A stretch of 32,000 nucleotides of DNA. Origin: Vibrio vulnificus CMCP6. Lineage in GTDB: Bacteria > Pseudomonadota > Gammaproteobacteria > Enterobacterales > Vibrionaceae. The translations under genes and the position numbers were made by a program. The stretch is from positions 330,001 to 362,000 of the forward strand of contig NC_004460.2 in assembly GCF_000039765.1 (NCBI RefSeq), read 5' to 3'. Positions 18,134 to 27,825 of this stretch are shown here, in pieces (position 1 is the first letter of the stretch; each line of letters begins with the position of its first letter). The notes under the pieces are model-generated. The model saw only the letters and a list, made by a program, of their open reading frames with translations. It was not told the DNA's origin and made no database searches.

Positions 18134-20446
18134 CTAAAAACGGAACTTCGACATTTCCTGACTCAGCCCTTTGGCTTCATCAGCAAGTTGACGTGACACA
18201 TCATCCACCTGAGTCACTTTTTCATTGACGGAAACCGAAGCATCGGCGATCGAGGTAATACTGCTGCTGATGTCTTCTGTGACCGCTCGTTGCTCCTCAG
18301 TTGCCGCCGCAATTTGGATATTCATCTCGTTCATTTCTTCTAACATTGAGACAAGCTGTTCAATCATCTCGGTGTTTGTTTTACAGGTTGAAACCCCACG
18401 CGAGACGGTTTTGTTGGCATTATCGATACACTGCGACACGCTGTTTGTTTCACGTTGTAACGCATCGATTTTTTGACGGATCTCTTCTGTCGAAGATTGA
18501 GTCCGACCAGCCAACGAACGTACTTCATCAGCGACGACTGCAAAACCTCGCCCTTGTTCGCCCGCTCTCGCTGCTTCAATTGCCGCATTCAGAGCGAGCA
18601 AGTTGGTTTGCTCCGCAATACCTTGAATCACATCGAGCACCTCAGCAATCGAAGCACTTTCATTTCTTAATCGACCAATGGCTTCGACGGCTACCTGCAT
18701 CTCGTCATGCAATTTACCGATCTCTTCCCCCAAGTCGTTGCCAACCTGTACACCTTTCACGCCTTGCTCATTCGCCCCTTTAACATAATCGGCGGCGCGA
18801 TTGGCAAACTGCGCCACTTCTGCAATCGACGCACTCATTTCGTTGACTGCGGTGGCCACTGAATCGGATTTCGCGTTTTGCTCGGCAACCGCCTGACGTG
18901 TTGCTTGCATATTGTTGGTTATATTGAGGGAGTTGTTGCTCAACGTATCCGTTGCGCTGGAAAACTGGCCGATCATTTGCTGTAGGTGCGAGAACAAGTG
19001 GTTGAGTGACGCGGAAAGCTCAGTGACCTCGTCTTTGCCTTGGACATCAAGTCGCTCAGTTAAGTCGTTATTACCACAAATGCGCTCAACTTTTTCACAA
19101 GCAAGGCGAATAGGCCGAGAGATACTGTTACCTAACACATAAGAAAGCAGCACTGAAACGACAATGATCCCCACAATACTCATTAAAACGGTGTTTCTCA
19201 CCGAGTCTTCCAATATCGCTAAATCCTGGAGTGCTTCGTCGTAGTCAATTTCGGTCAATATTGCCCACTTCAAACCGGCAACGGTAACCGGACTGTACGC
19301 AGACATGACTTGCACCCCGCGATAGTCGTCGATGATCTCAAATCCCGACCTGCCCATTAACGCGTTACGTGCGGCATCACCGTCGATTTCTTGTCGACCG
19401 ATGGTCGAGCCTTTGCTGGCAATCTGTGCCAGCAGCTGCGGCGAAACACCCGCCGATTTCATTACAGCCAAATAGTCGTCAGGCGCTTCCAACAGAAAGC
19501 GAGACTGGCTACGCATTTTTTTGTCCGGGCCAATGAGATAGCTTTCGCCACTCTCACCCAAACCCGATGCAGCCCAATTTCCCTTGAAGGTCATGATGTT
19601 ATTGATCACATCCACCGGCATTTGGAAAATCAGCACACCCAAGCGCGAGTCACCTTCCATTATTGGTGTGGCTATAAATGAGGCGGCCGCTTCATACGAG
19701 GGATAATACGGTTTGAAGTCATCAAGGTAGTATTGATCTTTATTCAAAGCCGCCGCTTTTCTGTAAGCTTCTGCAATACCAGTGTTCGAATAAGGCCCTT
19801 GCTTAAGATTGGTGGCAAAATCCAACTCTTTAAAGACGGAATAAACCACATTGCCATCGTTATCGACGAAAAAGATGTCGTAATAGCCAAAAGCTTCTAA
19901 AAAGTGTTTGATGGAAGGGTGATATTTGGCGTGAATTTGATCGTAAGTAGTGCCTAGCGTATCACTGAGATATTGGTGTTTTTCGCCAAGTGGATTCGGA
20001 TTGATCGCAATGTATCGCGCTTGAAGTGCTTTACCCACCTCACCAATTTGATCAAGCATACTAATTTCATTGGCAGCTGCCCCTTCATTAAGCTCTCGGT
20101 ACTTTTGCCCAAATTGATTGCTGTAGTAATTACGCAAAGCATTGACGTCTTGCGATGCGATCTGTTGAGAAGGATACGTTTGAAACGCTTGAGTAAAGGC
20201 TTTCATTGCGTCTTTAGTAGCAATGTCATCCGCTAAGGTTTCGACTTGATAGTGAATTTGCTCAAAGTAGCTCTCAATTTCACTTTTCTTAATTTCGCGT
20301 ACGGACACCAGTTGTTGCGACGCTCGTGTGATAAGTGCTTGTTCAGAAAGGGCTGCAGATTTTAAACCAACTATAGCACCAGTAAATATGACGCCCAGTG
20401 CGCATAACGCTGTTGAGACCAAGATAATCTTATTAGCAATTTTCAT
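18134..20446 (-). CDS. Methyl-accepting chemotaxis protein with a large periplasmic (double-Cache-like) sensor
   Basis: Architecture is TM1, a ~400-aa periplasmic region, TM2, HAMP, then the signalling domain with the invariant hairpin [35 protein letters not shown]. The start is probably ATG 20446 (MKIANK...) rather than TTG 20452. Confidence 0.92.
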   Translation of the reverse strand: MKIANKIILVSTALCALGVIFTGAIVGLKSAALSEQALITRASQQLVSVREIKKSEIESYFEQIHYQVETLADDIATKDAMKAFTQAFQTYPSQQIASQDVNALRNYYSNQFGQKYRELNEGAAANEISMLDQIGEVGKALQARYIAINPNPLGEKHQYLSDTLGTTYDQIHAKYHPSIKHFLEAFGYYDIFFVDNDGNVVYSVFKELDFATNLKQGPYSNTGIAEAYRKAAALNKDQYYLDDFKPYYPSYEAAASFIATPIMEGDSRLGVLIFQMPVDVINNIMTFKGNWAASGLGESGESYLIGPDKKMRSQSRFLLEAPDDYLAVMKSAGVSPQLLAQIASKGSTIGRQEIDGDAARNALMGRSGFEIIDDYRGVQVMSAYSPVTVAGLKWAILTEIDYDEALQDLAILEDSVRNTVLMSIVGIIVVSVLLSYVLGNSISRPIRLACEKVERICGNNDLTERLDVQGKDEVTELSASLNHLFSHLQQMIGQFSSATDTLSNNSLNITNNMQATRQAVAEQNAKSDSVATAVNEMSASIAEVAQFANRAADYVKGANEQGVKGVQVGNDLGEEIGKLHDEMQVAVEAIGRLRNESASIAEVLDVIQGIAEQTNLLALNAAIEAARAGEQGRGFAVVADEVRSLAGRTQSSTEEIRQKIDALQRETNSVSQCIDNANKTVSRGVSTCKTNTEMIEQLVSMLEEMNEMNIQIAAATEEQRAVTEDISSSITSIADASVSVNEKVTQVDDVSRQLADEAKGLSQEMSKFRF

Positions 20447-20660
20447 ATTCAAACCTGACCGCGACAGCGGCTCCTGAGTAAATACATCCCCAAAGAACCA
20501 ACTGAGCGAAAATGTTTGAATTAATATACGTAGAGTGTAGTCAGCGATATAAGTAAGCGCGAATAGAAATTAAAGTCATAACGAATTCGCGCCTTCAAGA
20601 GTCAGCCTAAACCGCCAAGGTGGTTGAATCTTAACACTTAGTTGACTGGTTAGACCTGAC

Positions 20661-21128
20661 TTACAGCTTAAAGCAGTGAATGATTTGATTCGCGCTTCCC
20701 CGCCACTCCAAGCTTGGGTCCGCTTTGTCTTGCTCAAACTTGCCGTCTATCAATGTGTCGATGTATGGCAGTATTTGTCGTTGAGCTTCGTCGAGCTCAT
20801 CAAGAGTGTATCCCGTCCAAACCCAGATGTCTTTCTCCGGGCATTCCTGTTTGACGCGCTTTACCAAACGCAAAATATCGGCCACATTTGCAGGATGCAA
20901 TGGATCCCCGCCAGAGAGCGATAAACCACGGCGTTTGATACGAGTGTCATTAAGATCCGCGATGATTTGATCTTCCGCTTCTTGGGTAAACGGCACACCA
21001 GAATCTAAACGCTGCGTCGATTGATTGTAGCAACCACGACACTGATGAACACAGCCTGAAACAAACAGCGTGCATCGCGTACCTGGTCCATTAACCACAT
21101 CGACGGGATAATACTGGTGATAATTCAT
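20661..21128 (-). CDS. nrdG: Anaerobic ribonucleoside-triphosphate reductase activating protein NrdG
   Basis: From MNYHQYYPVDVVNGPGTRCTLFVSGCVHQCRGCYN onward the protein is nearly colinear with E. coli NrdG, including the radical-SAM CxxxCxxC motif. AGAGG is an SD 5-6 nt upstream of ATG 21128; the 15-codon extension in the ORF track is rejected. Confidence 0.95.
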   Translation of the reverse strand: MNYHQYYPVDVVNGPGTRCTLFVSGCVHQCRGCYNQSTQRLDSGVPFTQEAEDQIIADLNDTRIKRRGLSLSGGDPLHPANVADILRLVKRVKQECPEKDIWVWTGYTLDELDEAQRQILPYIDTLIDGKFEQDKADPSLEWRGSANQIIHCFKL

Positions 21129-21202
21129 ATTGACCTCTGGAAAAAATGAACCAACCGGATGGGGTTGGCTCATTGAATAACGGATGAAACCTAATGCGTT
21201 AT

Positions 21203-23323
21203 TTACAGGTGTTTTACGCGACGTTTCACTTCTTCTTGTTTACCGAAGTTAAATGGGCGCGCATCTGGACTGCCTAAGTAACCGCAAACACGACGAGTGA
21301 CCGATACCTTGGATGAGTCATGGTTGCCACATTTCGGGCAGGTAAACCCTTTGCTCGTACAATCAAACTCTCCGGTATAACCACACTCGTAGCACTCATC
21401 AATCGGCGTATTGGTACCGTAGTAAGGCACTTTGCTGTAACTGTAATCCCACACATTTTCTAACGCTTCGATGTTCTTTTGCATGTTAGGGAATTCGCCA
21501 TAACAGATAAAACCACCGCTCGAAATTTCAGGGTACGGCATCTCGAAGTCGATCTTGTCATATGGGTTTACTTTCTTTTCAACATCCAAATGGAAGCTGT
21601 TGGTGTAGTAACCTTTGTCTGTCACGCCTTCAATCACACCAAATTCTTTGGTGTCGATTCGGCAGAAGCGACTACAGAGGTTCTCACTTGGCGTGCCATA
21701 CAGGCTAAAGCCATAGCCCGTTTCTTCCGACCACGCTTCTACCGCTTTCTTCATGCGTTTAACGATGTTCAACGCTTTCTCACGCAATTCGTTGTCATCG
21801 TAAACATGAGTTTGATTACCAAACAGCGCGTTAATGGTTTCGTGAATACCGATGTAACCTAACGAAATGGACGCACGCCCATGTTTGAAAATATCCGCGA
21901 TAGGTTGATCGGCTTTCAGACGCACACCACAAGCACCTTCCATGTATAGAATTGGTGCTACACGAGCTTTAACATTCTCTAAGCGGCTAATGCGCGTTTC
22001 GAGAGCTCGACGAGCTAGCTTCAGTTTTTCATCCAATAGCGCATAGAACTTCTCTTCATCACCATTTGCTTTTAGTGCAATTCTTGGCAAGTTAAGGCTT
22101 ACCACACCAAGGTTGTTACGACCTTCGTGAATCAGCTCGCCATTCTCTTCGTAGGTACCTAGGAAGCTACGGCAGCCCATTGGCGTTTTGAATGAACCGG
22201 TGATCTCAACCACTTTGTCGTAGTTCAAGATATCTGGATACATACGCTTAGAAGCACACTCTAACGCCAATTGTTTGATGTCGTAGTTTGGATCGGTTGG
22301 TTTATGATTCAGACCATCTTTAATGGCGAATACCAGTTTCGGGAATACCGCTGTCTTGCGGTTTTTACCAAGGCCCGCAATACGGTTTTTCAAAATGGAT
22401 TGTTGAATCAATTTCGATGCCCAACTTGTACCCAAACCAAAGCCAAACGTCACAAATGGTGTTTGGCCATTTGCAGTGTGCAGCGTATTCACTTCGTACT
22501 CCAAAGATTGGAATGCGTCGTAACACTCTTTCTCAGTTCGTGCGATGGCAAAACCTTCTGGATTATGGATATCCCACTCTTGGGCAATTTTTAAGTGCTT
22601 TTCGTAACTCGCGTTAACATACGGCTCAAGGATCTCATCAATGCGATTGATGGTGGTACCACCATAAATGTGGCTCGCCACTTGCGCGATAATTTGCGCA
22701 GTCACCGCAGTTGCGGTTGAAATTGACTTAGGCGTGTCAATTTCCGCATTACCCATTTTAAAGCCGTGAGTCAGCATGCCTTTTAGGTCAATCAGCATGC
22801 AGTTAAACATTGGGAAAAACGGCGCGTAATCGAGATCGTGATAGTGAATATCACCTTCATCATGCGCTTGAACCACATCACGTGGCAAAATGTGCGTTTT
22901 GGCATAGTGCTTCGCCACAATACCCGCAAGCAAGTCACGTTGGGTTGGAATCACTTTGCCATCTTTGTTGGCATTTTCGTTGATCAAGTCAACGTTGCTT
23001 TCTTCGATTAAGCCTTCGATTTCGCGTGTTAAGGTGCTTTGTTTCTCGCGTGCAATATCACGGTCATGACGATATTCAATGTACGCGCGAGCTAAAGACT
23101 TGTATGGGCCTTGCATCAACTCGTTTTCAACGCGGGTTTGGATTTCGTGGATATGAACTTCATCGTGATCTTTTAGCTGTAGCTCAACTGCCAACGCCAC
23201 ATTGAGCGCATAAATAGCAATTTCTTTATCAACGTTTTCCGCGGCGGCTTCAACTGCTGCCTGAATGCGATCCCTGCTAAACGGAGCCCTTGAGCCATCA
23301 CGCTTGATTACGATTGGTTTCAC
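21203..23323 (-). CDS. nrdD: Anaerobic ribonucleoside-triphosphate reductase NrdD (class III RNR)
   Basis: 706 aa with an N-terminal ATP-cone (VIKRDGSRAPFSRDRI). A C-terminal Zn-ribbon CYECG...CPKCG and the glycyl-radical motif RRVCGYLG are present. It is colinear with E. coli NrdD. Confidence 0.97.
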   Translation of the reverse strand: MKPIVIKRDGSRAPFSRDRIQAAVEAAAENVDKEIAIYALNVALAVELQLKDHDEVHIHEIQTRVENELMQGPYKSLARAYIEYRHDRDIAREKQSTLTREIEGLIEESNVDLINENANKDGKVIPTQRDLLAGIVAKHYAKTHILPRDVVQAHDEGDIHYHDLDYAPFFPMFNCMLIDLKGMLTHGFKMGNAEIDTPKSISTATAVTAQIIAQVASHIYGGTTINRIDEILEPYVNASYEKHLKIAQEWDIHNPEGFAIARTEKECYDAFQSLEYEVNTLHTANGQTPFVTFGFGLGTSWASKLIQQSILKNRIAGLGKNRKTAVFPKLVFAIKDGLNHKPTDPNYDIKQLALECASKRMYPDILNYDKVVEITGSFKTPMGCRSFLGTYEENGELIHEGRNNLGVVSLNLPRIALKANGDEEKFYALLDEKLKLARRALETRISRLENVKARVAPILYMEGACGVRLKADQPIADIFKHGRASISLGYIGIHETINALFGNQTHVYDDNELREKALNIVKRMKKAVEAWSEETGYGFSLYGTPSENLCSRFCRIDTKEFGVIEGVTDKGYYTNSFHLDVEKKVNPYDKIDFEMPYPEISSGGFICYGEFPNMQKNIEALENVWDYSYSKVPYYGTNTPIDECYECGYTGEFDCTSKGFTCPKCGNHDSSKVSVTRRVCGYLGSPDARPFNFGKQEEVKRRVKHL

Positions 23324-23366
23324 TTTATTCTCCTTACCCTAAGCATACTCACAGAGTTATCCACAA

Positions 23367-23414
23367 ACACACTATATAGGGTTATTTTTTATCCGACTGG
23401 CACTATATATTGTG
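23367..23414 (-). promoter_or_regulatory. Two NrdR boxes upstream of nrdD
   Basis: Box 2, GGCACTATATATTGTG (23399-23414), matches the palindromic NrdR consensus acaCwAtATaTwGtgt. Box 1, ACACACTATATAGGGT (23367-23382), matches in its left half. The CACTATATA cores are 32 bp apart, which is the typical tandem spacing. Confidence 0.75.
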
Positions 23415-23446
23415 GCGTATTAAACGAAAAGCACTAGGCAAAAGTA

Positions 23447-23460
23447 TTGATTTCGATCAA
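23447..23460 (-). promoter_or_regulatory. FNR/CRP-family box (perfect FNR consensus) for the nrdDG promoter
   Basis: TTGATTTCGATCAA equals TTGAT-N4-ATCAA exactly. A -10-like TTTAAT (minus strand, 23419-23424) sits where a class II promoter (site centred at -41.5) would place it. Confidence 0.75.
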
Positions 23461-23619
23461 CAAAATAAGATGATGGATTAAGATCAAATCGATCTTATTG
23501 GCTGAGATCTCAGATATAAAGAAAACCATGAAAATTGCAAAAATGTGGCGATTTCTACTTGAAATTTTTGGAGGTCTTGTATGATAAAGGCTGCCTAAAA
23601 ACACAGGGAATATTTACTT

Positions 23620-24513
23620 ATGTTGAAGCACACGCTTGGTCTCTTTTTCACCGGCTTGGTTTATTTACTCTTGCCAACGCCCCTTTTGGCTGCTCAACCA
23701 ATGACATTCACCAGTTGGAACATGGAATGGCTTTCATCCACACCTTCAGCACGAGTCAAAGAAAGTCACCGTAATGAAGAAGATTTCGCCAAATTGGCAA
23801 TGTACTTCCAAAAAACCAACAGCGATGTTTTGGCCTTTCAGGAGGTCAATGACTTGGCCGCGATTAAAAAAGTCGTCGGAACCAACTATCAGATCTTGTT
23901 TTCGGATCGCTCTAATCCGCGCTATCAGCGTTTTCAATTCGATGACATCAATCAATACACGGGATTTGCCATCAAGAAAGGCATTCCTTTTCGCGACGTC
24001 GGTGACATCCAACTCAACAAAGGCAACAGTAAGTTGCGCTTTGCCTCATACGTCATTATTGGTAACACCTCAAATGAGCTACATGTGTTAAACGTTCATC
24101 TCAAGGCCGGGTGTAGTGGAGCCTATAAAGGCAATGATGCTTGTCGAACACTCCGACTTGAAAGCCAAGCACTGGGCCAATGGATTAGCCAAAGGCAGAG
24201 CAACAAACAAACCTATCTTGTCCTTGGTGACTTCAACCATAACCTTGCTTATCGTAATGACTGGCTGATGAATGAACTCACCAGTGCCGGCAAAATTCAT
24301 TTGTTGACGGAAGACACCAAAGCAAACTGTAAGGTTCGCTCCAAAAAACAACCCAATAAGGTTCATTCTTTTCGTTCACTTATCGACCACATCATCGTCA
24401 GCGAAGGTTTAAGTGCCTCACAAGCAGAACAGAAGTTGTTTACCAGCAACGATGTGTTGAAGTATCAATTGAGCGATCACTGCCCTGTCTCAACCACAGT
24501 GACCTTACCTTAG
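23620..24513 (+). CDS. Secreted endonuclease/exonuclease/phosphatase (EEP) family protein
   Basis: 297 aa with signal peptide MLKHTLGLFFTGLVYLLLPTPLLAA. EEP motifs are TSWNMEW, LAFQEV, VLGDFN and the C-terminal SDHCPV. Confidence 0.85.
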   Translation: MLKHTLGLFFTGLVYLLLPTPLLAAQPMTFTSWNMEWLSSTPSARVKESHRNEEDFAKLAMYFQKTNSDVLAFQEVNDLAAIKKVVGTNYQILFSDRSNPRYQRFQFDDINQYTGFAIKKGIPFRDVGDIQLNKGNSKLRFASYVIIGNTSNELHVLNVHLKAGCSGAYKGNDACRTLRLESQALGQWISQRQSNKQTYLVLGDFNHNLAYRNDWLMNELTSAGKIHLLTEDTKANCKVRSKKQPNKVHSFRSLIDHIIVSEGLSASQAEQKLFTSNDVLKYQLSDHCPVSTTVTLP

Positions 24514-24591
24514 AGCATCGTCTTGATGAGCAAGAGAAAGAGAAAGAAATAGAGAAAAAATGAGAGATAAAGAAATTGGAAATAAAGAGAC

Positions 24592-24611
24592 GAGCCCCGA
24601 CGTCGGGGCTC
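24592..24611. terminator. GC-rich palindromic hairpin between the convergent EEP and RND genes (bidirectional terminator)
   Basis: GAGCCCCGAC/GTCGGGGCTC is a perfect 20-bp palindrome. On the minus strand it is followed by TCTCTTTATTTCC. Confidence 0.7.
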
Positions 24612-24674
24612 TCGTTCGTTGATTGCTCAGCTCTGTTGCACTTCAACGATTAAATTTCGTTCGCACGCAAACAC

Positions 24675-27600
24675 CTAGACAAAGCGCTTTTTCATTGCCG
24701 CGTAGTAGAGCACAGGAATCACAATCAAGGTAAGAATCGTCGAGACGAAGATACCAAAGATTAAGCTGATTGCCAGACCATTGAAAATGGGATCATCAAG
24801 GATAAACACCGCTCCAATCATCGCAGCCAACGCGGTAAGCATAATCGGTTTCGCCCGAACCGCTGCCGATTGCATCACCGCTTCCGCAAACTCAACCCCT
24901 TCTTCCACTTGCTGGTTAATAAAATCCACCAGCAAAATGGAGTTTCGCACGATAATCCCCGCAAGAGCGATCATGCCGATCATCGAGGTTGCGGTAAATT
25001 GCGCGCCCAACAAAGCATGCCCAGGCATCACACCAATAATGGTCAGTGGAATGGGTGCCATGATGATCAATGGCACTAAGTAGGATTTAAACTGTGCCAC
25101 CACAAGCAAGTAGATAAGCACCATACCGACGGCATAGGCGATCCCCATATCGCGGAAGGTTTCATAAGTGATGGTCCACTCGCCATCCCACATGATGGAA
25201 ATTCCCTGCAGGCCATCTGGCTGATGAATGAAGTATTGCTCCAGCGGCATACGCTCAGACAAGGTTCCTGATAAAGCCGCCATACCGTAGAGCGGACTGT
25301 CCGTTTCCCCAGTCATATCCGCCACCACCATGACCATAGGCACAAGGTTTTTGTGCACGATATAGTCTTCCATTTTGGTTTGACGAATGCTCACGAGCTC
25401 AGACAATGGGTATCGGTTTCCCGTTTGACTAACGACCTGCATGTTTAACACTTGCTCAAGGCGCACTTTCGCACTTTCATTCGCTTGAATCATCACGGGG
25501 ATTGGATACTTGCTGTGTTCAGCGTGCAGATAAGTTATTGGCTTAGCACCGACTGCCGTCGCCAAAGCATCAACGATGTCACTATAGGGCACCATTAAAT
25601 TGGCCGATTTACTTCGGTCGATCACCACTTGCCATTTTTGATGAATTTCAGGCAAATACATATCGACATCGACGATATCTTGCGTTTCTCGGAAAATGTC
25701 TCTGACTTGGCGCGCAGCCTCTGCACGCAATTCTGCCGTAGGCGCATACACCTCAGCCAAAATGGGCGACCAAACGGGTGGCCCCGGCGGCACTTCCACC
25801 ACTTTCACTTTACCACCAAACTGGCTGGCAATCTGGTTAAGCATTGGACGCACTGAACTGGCAATCTCGTGGCTGTCTCTCTCTCGCTCACGGCGATCCA
25901 ACAAGTTCACTTGAATGTCCCCCTGATGAGCTTGATTGCGTAAGAAGTAGTGACGCACCAAACCGTTAAAGTTGATTGGCGCTGCGCTACCGACGTAGAT
26001 CTGATAATCGCTCACTTCAGGCACGTCATTAAGACTTTGCGCCATTTCAAAGAGCACACGTTGTGTTTTCTCCAACGAGCTGCCTTCCGGCATATCGAGC
26101 ACCACTTGGAACTCAGACTTATTGTCAAATGGCAACATTTTCAACACCACCGCCTGCATCACTGGCAACGCCACCGATGCAGCAATCAGCCCGACAATAC
26201 CGAGCAATAACAAGAAGCGATTGCGCCCTTGCGCTCTGGCGGTAATAAACGGCGACATGATTTTATGGAAGATAGAATCGGCTTTGTGCGACTCTTCGTG
26301 ATGTCCCGATTTCAGCAATTTACCCGATAACCAAGGAGAAACCACAAAAGCCACAGCTAACGAAATCAACATCCCCATTGAAGCATTAATCGGAATCGGG
26401 CTCATGTAGGGCCCCATAAGGCCAGAAACGAACGCCATCGGCAGCAACGCAGCGATAACCGTCAGTGTTGCCAATATCGTTGGCCCACCCACTTCATCCA
26501 CCGCTACGGGGATCAACTCTGCCAGTTTTTTCTTACCCATCGACATATGACGGTGAATATTTTCAACCACCACAATGGCGTCATCCACAAGAATGCCGAT
26601 GGAGAAGATCAGGGCAAATAAAGAGACACGATTGAGCGTGAATCCCCAAGCCCAAGAGGCAAAGAGTGTGATCATCAAGGTCACAACAATGGCAATACCC
26701 ACAACCAGAGCTTCGCGCCACCCCATCGTCAGCAGTACCAACAACACCACGGCCGTGGTTGCAAAAGCAAGTTTGCCTATCAGCGTGTTGCTTTTATCCG
26801 CTGCGGTTTTTCCGTAATCACGTGTGATGGCGATATCAACATCATGCGGAATCAACTGATTTTTCAAAACCTCTAGGCGATCTTCTATCGTTTGTGCAAC
26901 ATCAACCGCATTCTCGCCGCCCTTTTTCGCGATTGCCAATGTCACGGCTGGGTAAAGGCCTTGCTTATCGCTAGTCCACACATTTTGCGTTGGCGTGTTT
27001 ACCCCAAGTTCAACGTCAGCAATGTCCGAGAAATAGACTGGCGCGCCATTCGCCACGCCCACCACCAACTGCTTAATCTGGTCAACATGGGTGAGAAACT
27101 CACCGATCTGTAACGGTATCTGCTGATTATCATGAGTTAAGCTAAGCATCGGTGAGCGGCGATTCGCTGATGGCAACACTTGGTTTAGCTGACTAATACT
27201 AATGCTGTAAGCGTTCATTTTTACAGGGTCTAGACGCACATCCACAATAGTGGAGTGCGCGCCCACAGTGTAGATATCGCGAGTTCCCTCTATTCTTTTC
27301 AGCTCTGTTTCAAGCCCGTGAGCAATTTGCGTTAGTTGCTGGCCAGTATAATGCCCTGATTTATCAGACAAGGTCACAGTGACAATGGGCACATCCTCGA
27401 TACCACGAGGTTTGATCACGGGTTCGCCTACACCAACACCTTGTGGCATCCAGTCTTTATTTGAATAGAGTTTGTTGTAGATGCGCACCACGGCATCATT
27501 ACGCGTGACCCCAACGTCAAAGATGGCCACGATCATCGCGCCATCTGGCTGAGAAAAGGAGTAGATCTTATCGATGCCTTGAATTTCTGAGATCACTTGC

Positions 27601-27824
27601 TCTGCGGGCGTCGTCACCAAACTGGCCACTTCTTGAGGAGATGCGCCCGGAAACGGGATATACACATCAGCAAAAGTCACATCTATTTGTGGCTCTTCCT
27701 CTTTGGGTGTGACAATAACAGCAAATAACCCCATCAATAACCCTACCAATGCGAGCAAAGGTGTCATGGCTGAATGTTGGAAGGCCGCGGCAATGCGACC
27801 CGAAATTCCGAGTCGTGTATCCAT
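24675..27824 (-). CDS. RND-family efflux transporter permease (AcrB/HAE-type)
   Basis: 1049 aa from ATG 27824 (MDTRLGISGRIAAAF...), with 12 TM segments and two large periplasmic loops. The start lies 1 nt after the MFP stop (TAG 27826-27828). The ORF-track start at 27869 overlaps the MFP gene and is rejected. Confidence 0.93.
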   Translation of the reverse strand: MDTRLGISGRIAAAFQHSAMTPLLALVGLLMGLFAVIVTPKEEEPQIDVTFADVYIPFPGASPQEVASLVTTPAEQVISEIQGIDKIYSFSQPDGAMIVAIFDVGVTRNDAVVRIYNKLYSNKDWMPQGVGVGEPVIKPRGIEDVPIVTVTLSDKSGHYTGQQLTQIAHGLETELKRIEGTRDIYTVGAHSTIVDVRLDPVKMNAYSISISQLNQVLPSANRRSPMLSLTHDNQQIPLQIGEFLTHVDQIKQLVVGVANGAPVYFSDIADVELGVNTPTQNVWTSDKQGLYPAVTLAIAKKGGENAVDVAQTIEDRLEVLKNQLIPHDVDIAITRDYGKTAADKSNTLIGKLAFATTAVVLLVLLTMGWREALVVGIAIVVTLMITLFASWAWGFTLNRVSLFALIFSIGILVDDAIVVVENIHRHMSMGKKKLAELIPVAVDEVGGPTILATLTVIAALLPMAFVSGLMGPYMSPIPINASMGMLISLAVAFVVSPWLSGKLLKSGHHEESHKADSIFHKIMSPFITARAQGRNRFLLLLGIVGLIAASVALPVMQAVVLKMLPFDNKSEFQVVLDMPEGSSLEKTQRVLFEMAQSLNDVPEVSDYQIYVGSAAPINFNGLVRHYFLRNQAHQGDIQVNLLDRRERERDSHEIASSVRPMLNQIASQFGGKVKVVEVPPGPPVWSPILAEVYAPTAELRAEAARQVRDIFRETQDIVDVDMYLPEIHQKWQVVIDRSKSANLMVPYSDIVDALATAVGAKPITYLHAEHSKYPIPVMIQANESAKVRLEQVLNMQVVSQTGNRYPLSELVSIRQTKMEDYIVHKNLVPMVMVVADMTGETDSPLYGMAALSGTLSERMPLEQYFIHQPDGLQGISIMWDGEWTITYETFRDMGIAYAVGMVLIYLLVVAQFKSYLVPLIIMAPIPLTIIGVMPGHALLGAQFTATSMIGMIALAGIIVRNSILLVDFINQQVEEGVEFAEAVMQSAAVRAKPIMLTALAAMIGAVFILDDPIFNGLAISLIFGIFVSTILTLIVIPVLYYAAMKKRFV

Positions 27825-27825
27825 A

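Noticed and set aside
18225-20236. Antisense ORFs inside the MCP gene (e.g. 18301-18783, 160 aa)
   Set aside because: These are shadow frames of the repetitive Ala/Glu/Gln-rich MCP signalling domain, with no independent support.
21274-22617. Alternative-frame ORFs inside nrdD (e.g. 21479-21862)
   Set aside because: nrdD is colinear with E. coli NrdD over its whole length, so the overlapping frames are spurious.
23480-23496. Second FNR site upstream of nrdD (AAGATCAAATCGATCTT)
   Set aside because: The half-sites are GATC-based and do not match TTGAT/ATCAA. It is treated as part of the GATC/palindrome cluster instead.
23535-23774. 79-aa ORF overlapping the start of the EEP gene
   Set aside because: It is in a different frame from the EEP gene, which has a signal peptide and family motifs. 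The ORF begins in AT-rich promoter sequence.
24527-24590. Purine-rich tract as a CsrB/RsmB-type CsrA-sponge sRNA
   Set aside because: It contains essentially one GGA (ATTGGAAAT) and no repeated GGA-in-hairpin-loop units, so it does not fit a Csr sponge.
24781-27113. Plus-strand ORFs inside the RND gene
   Set aside because: They are shadow ORFs antisense to a 1049-aa conserved transporter.
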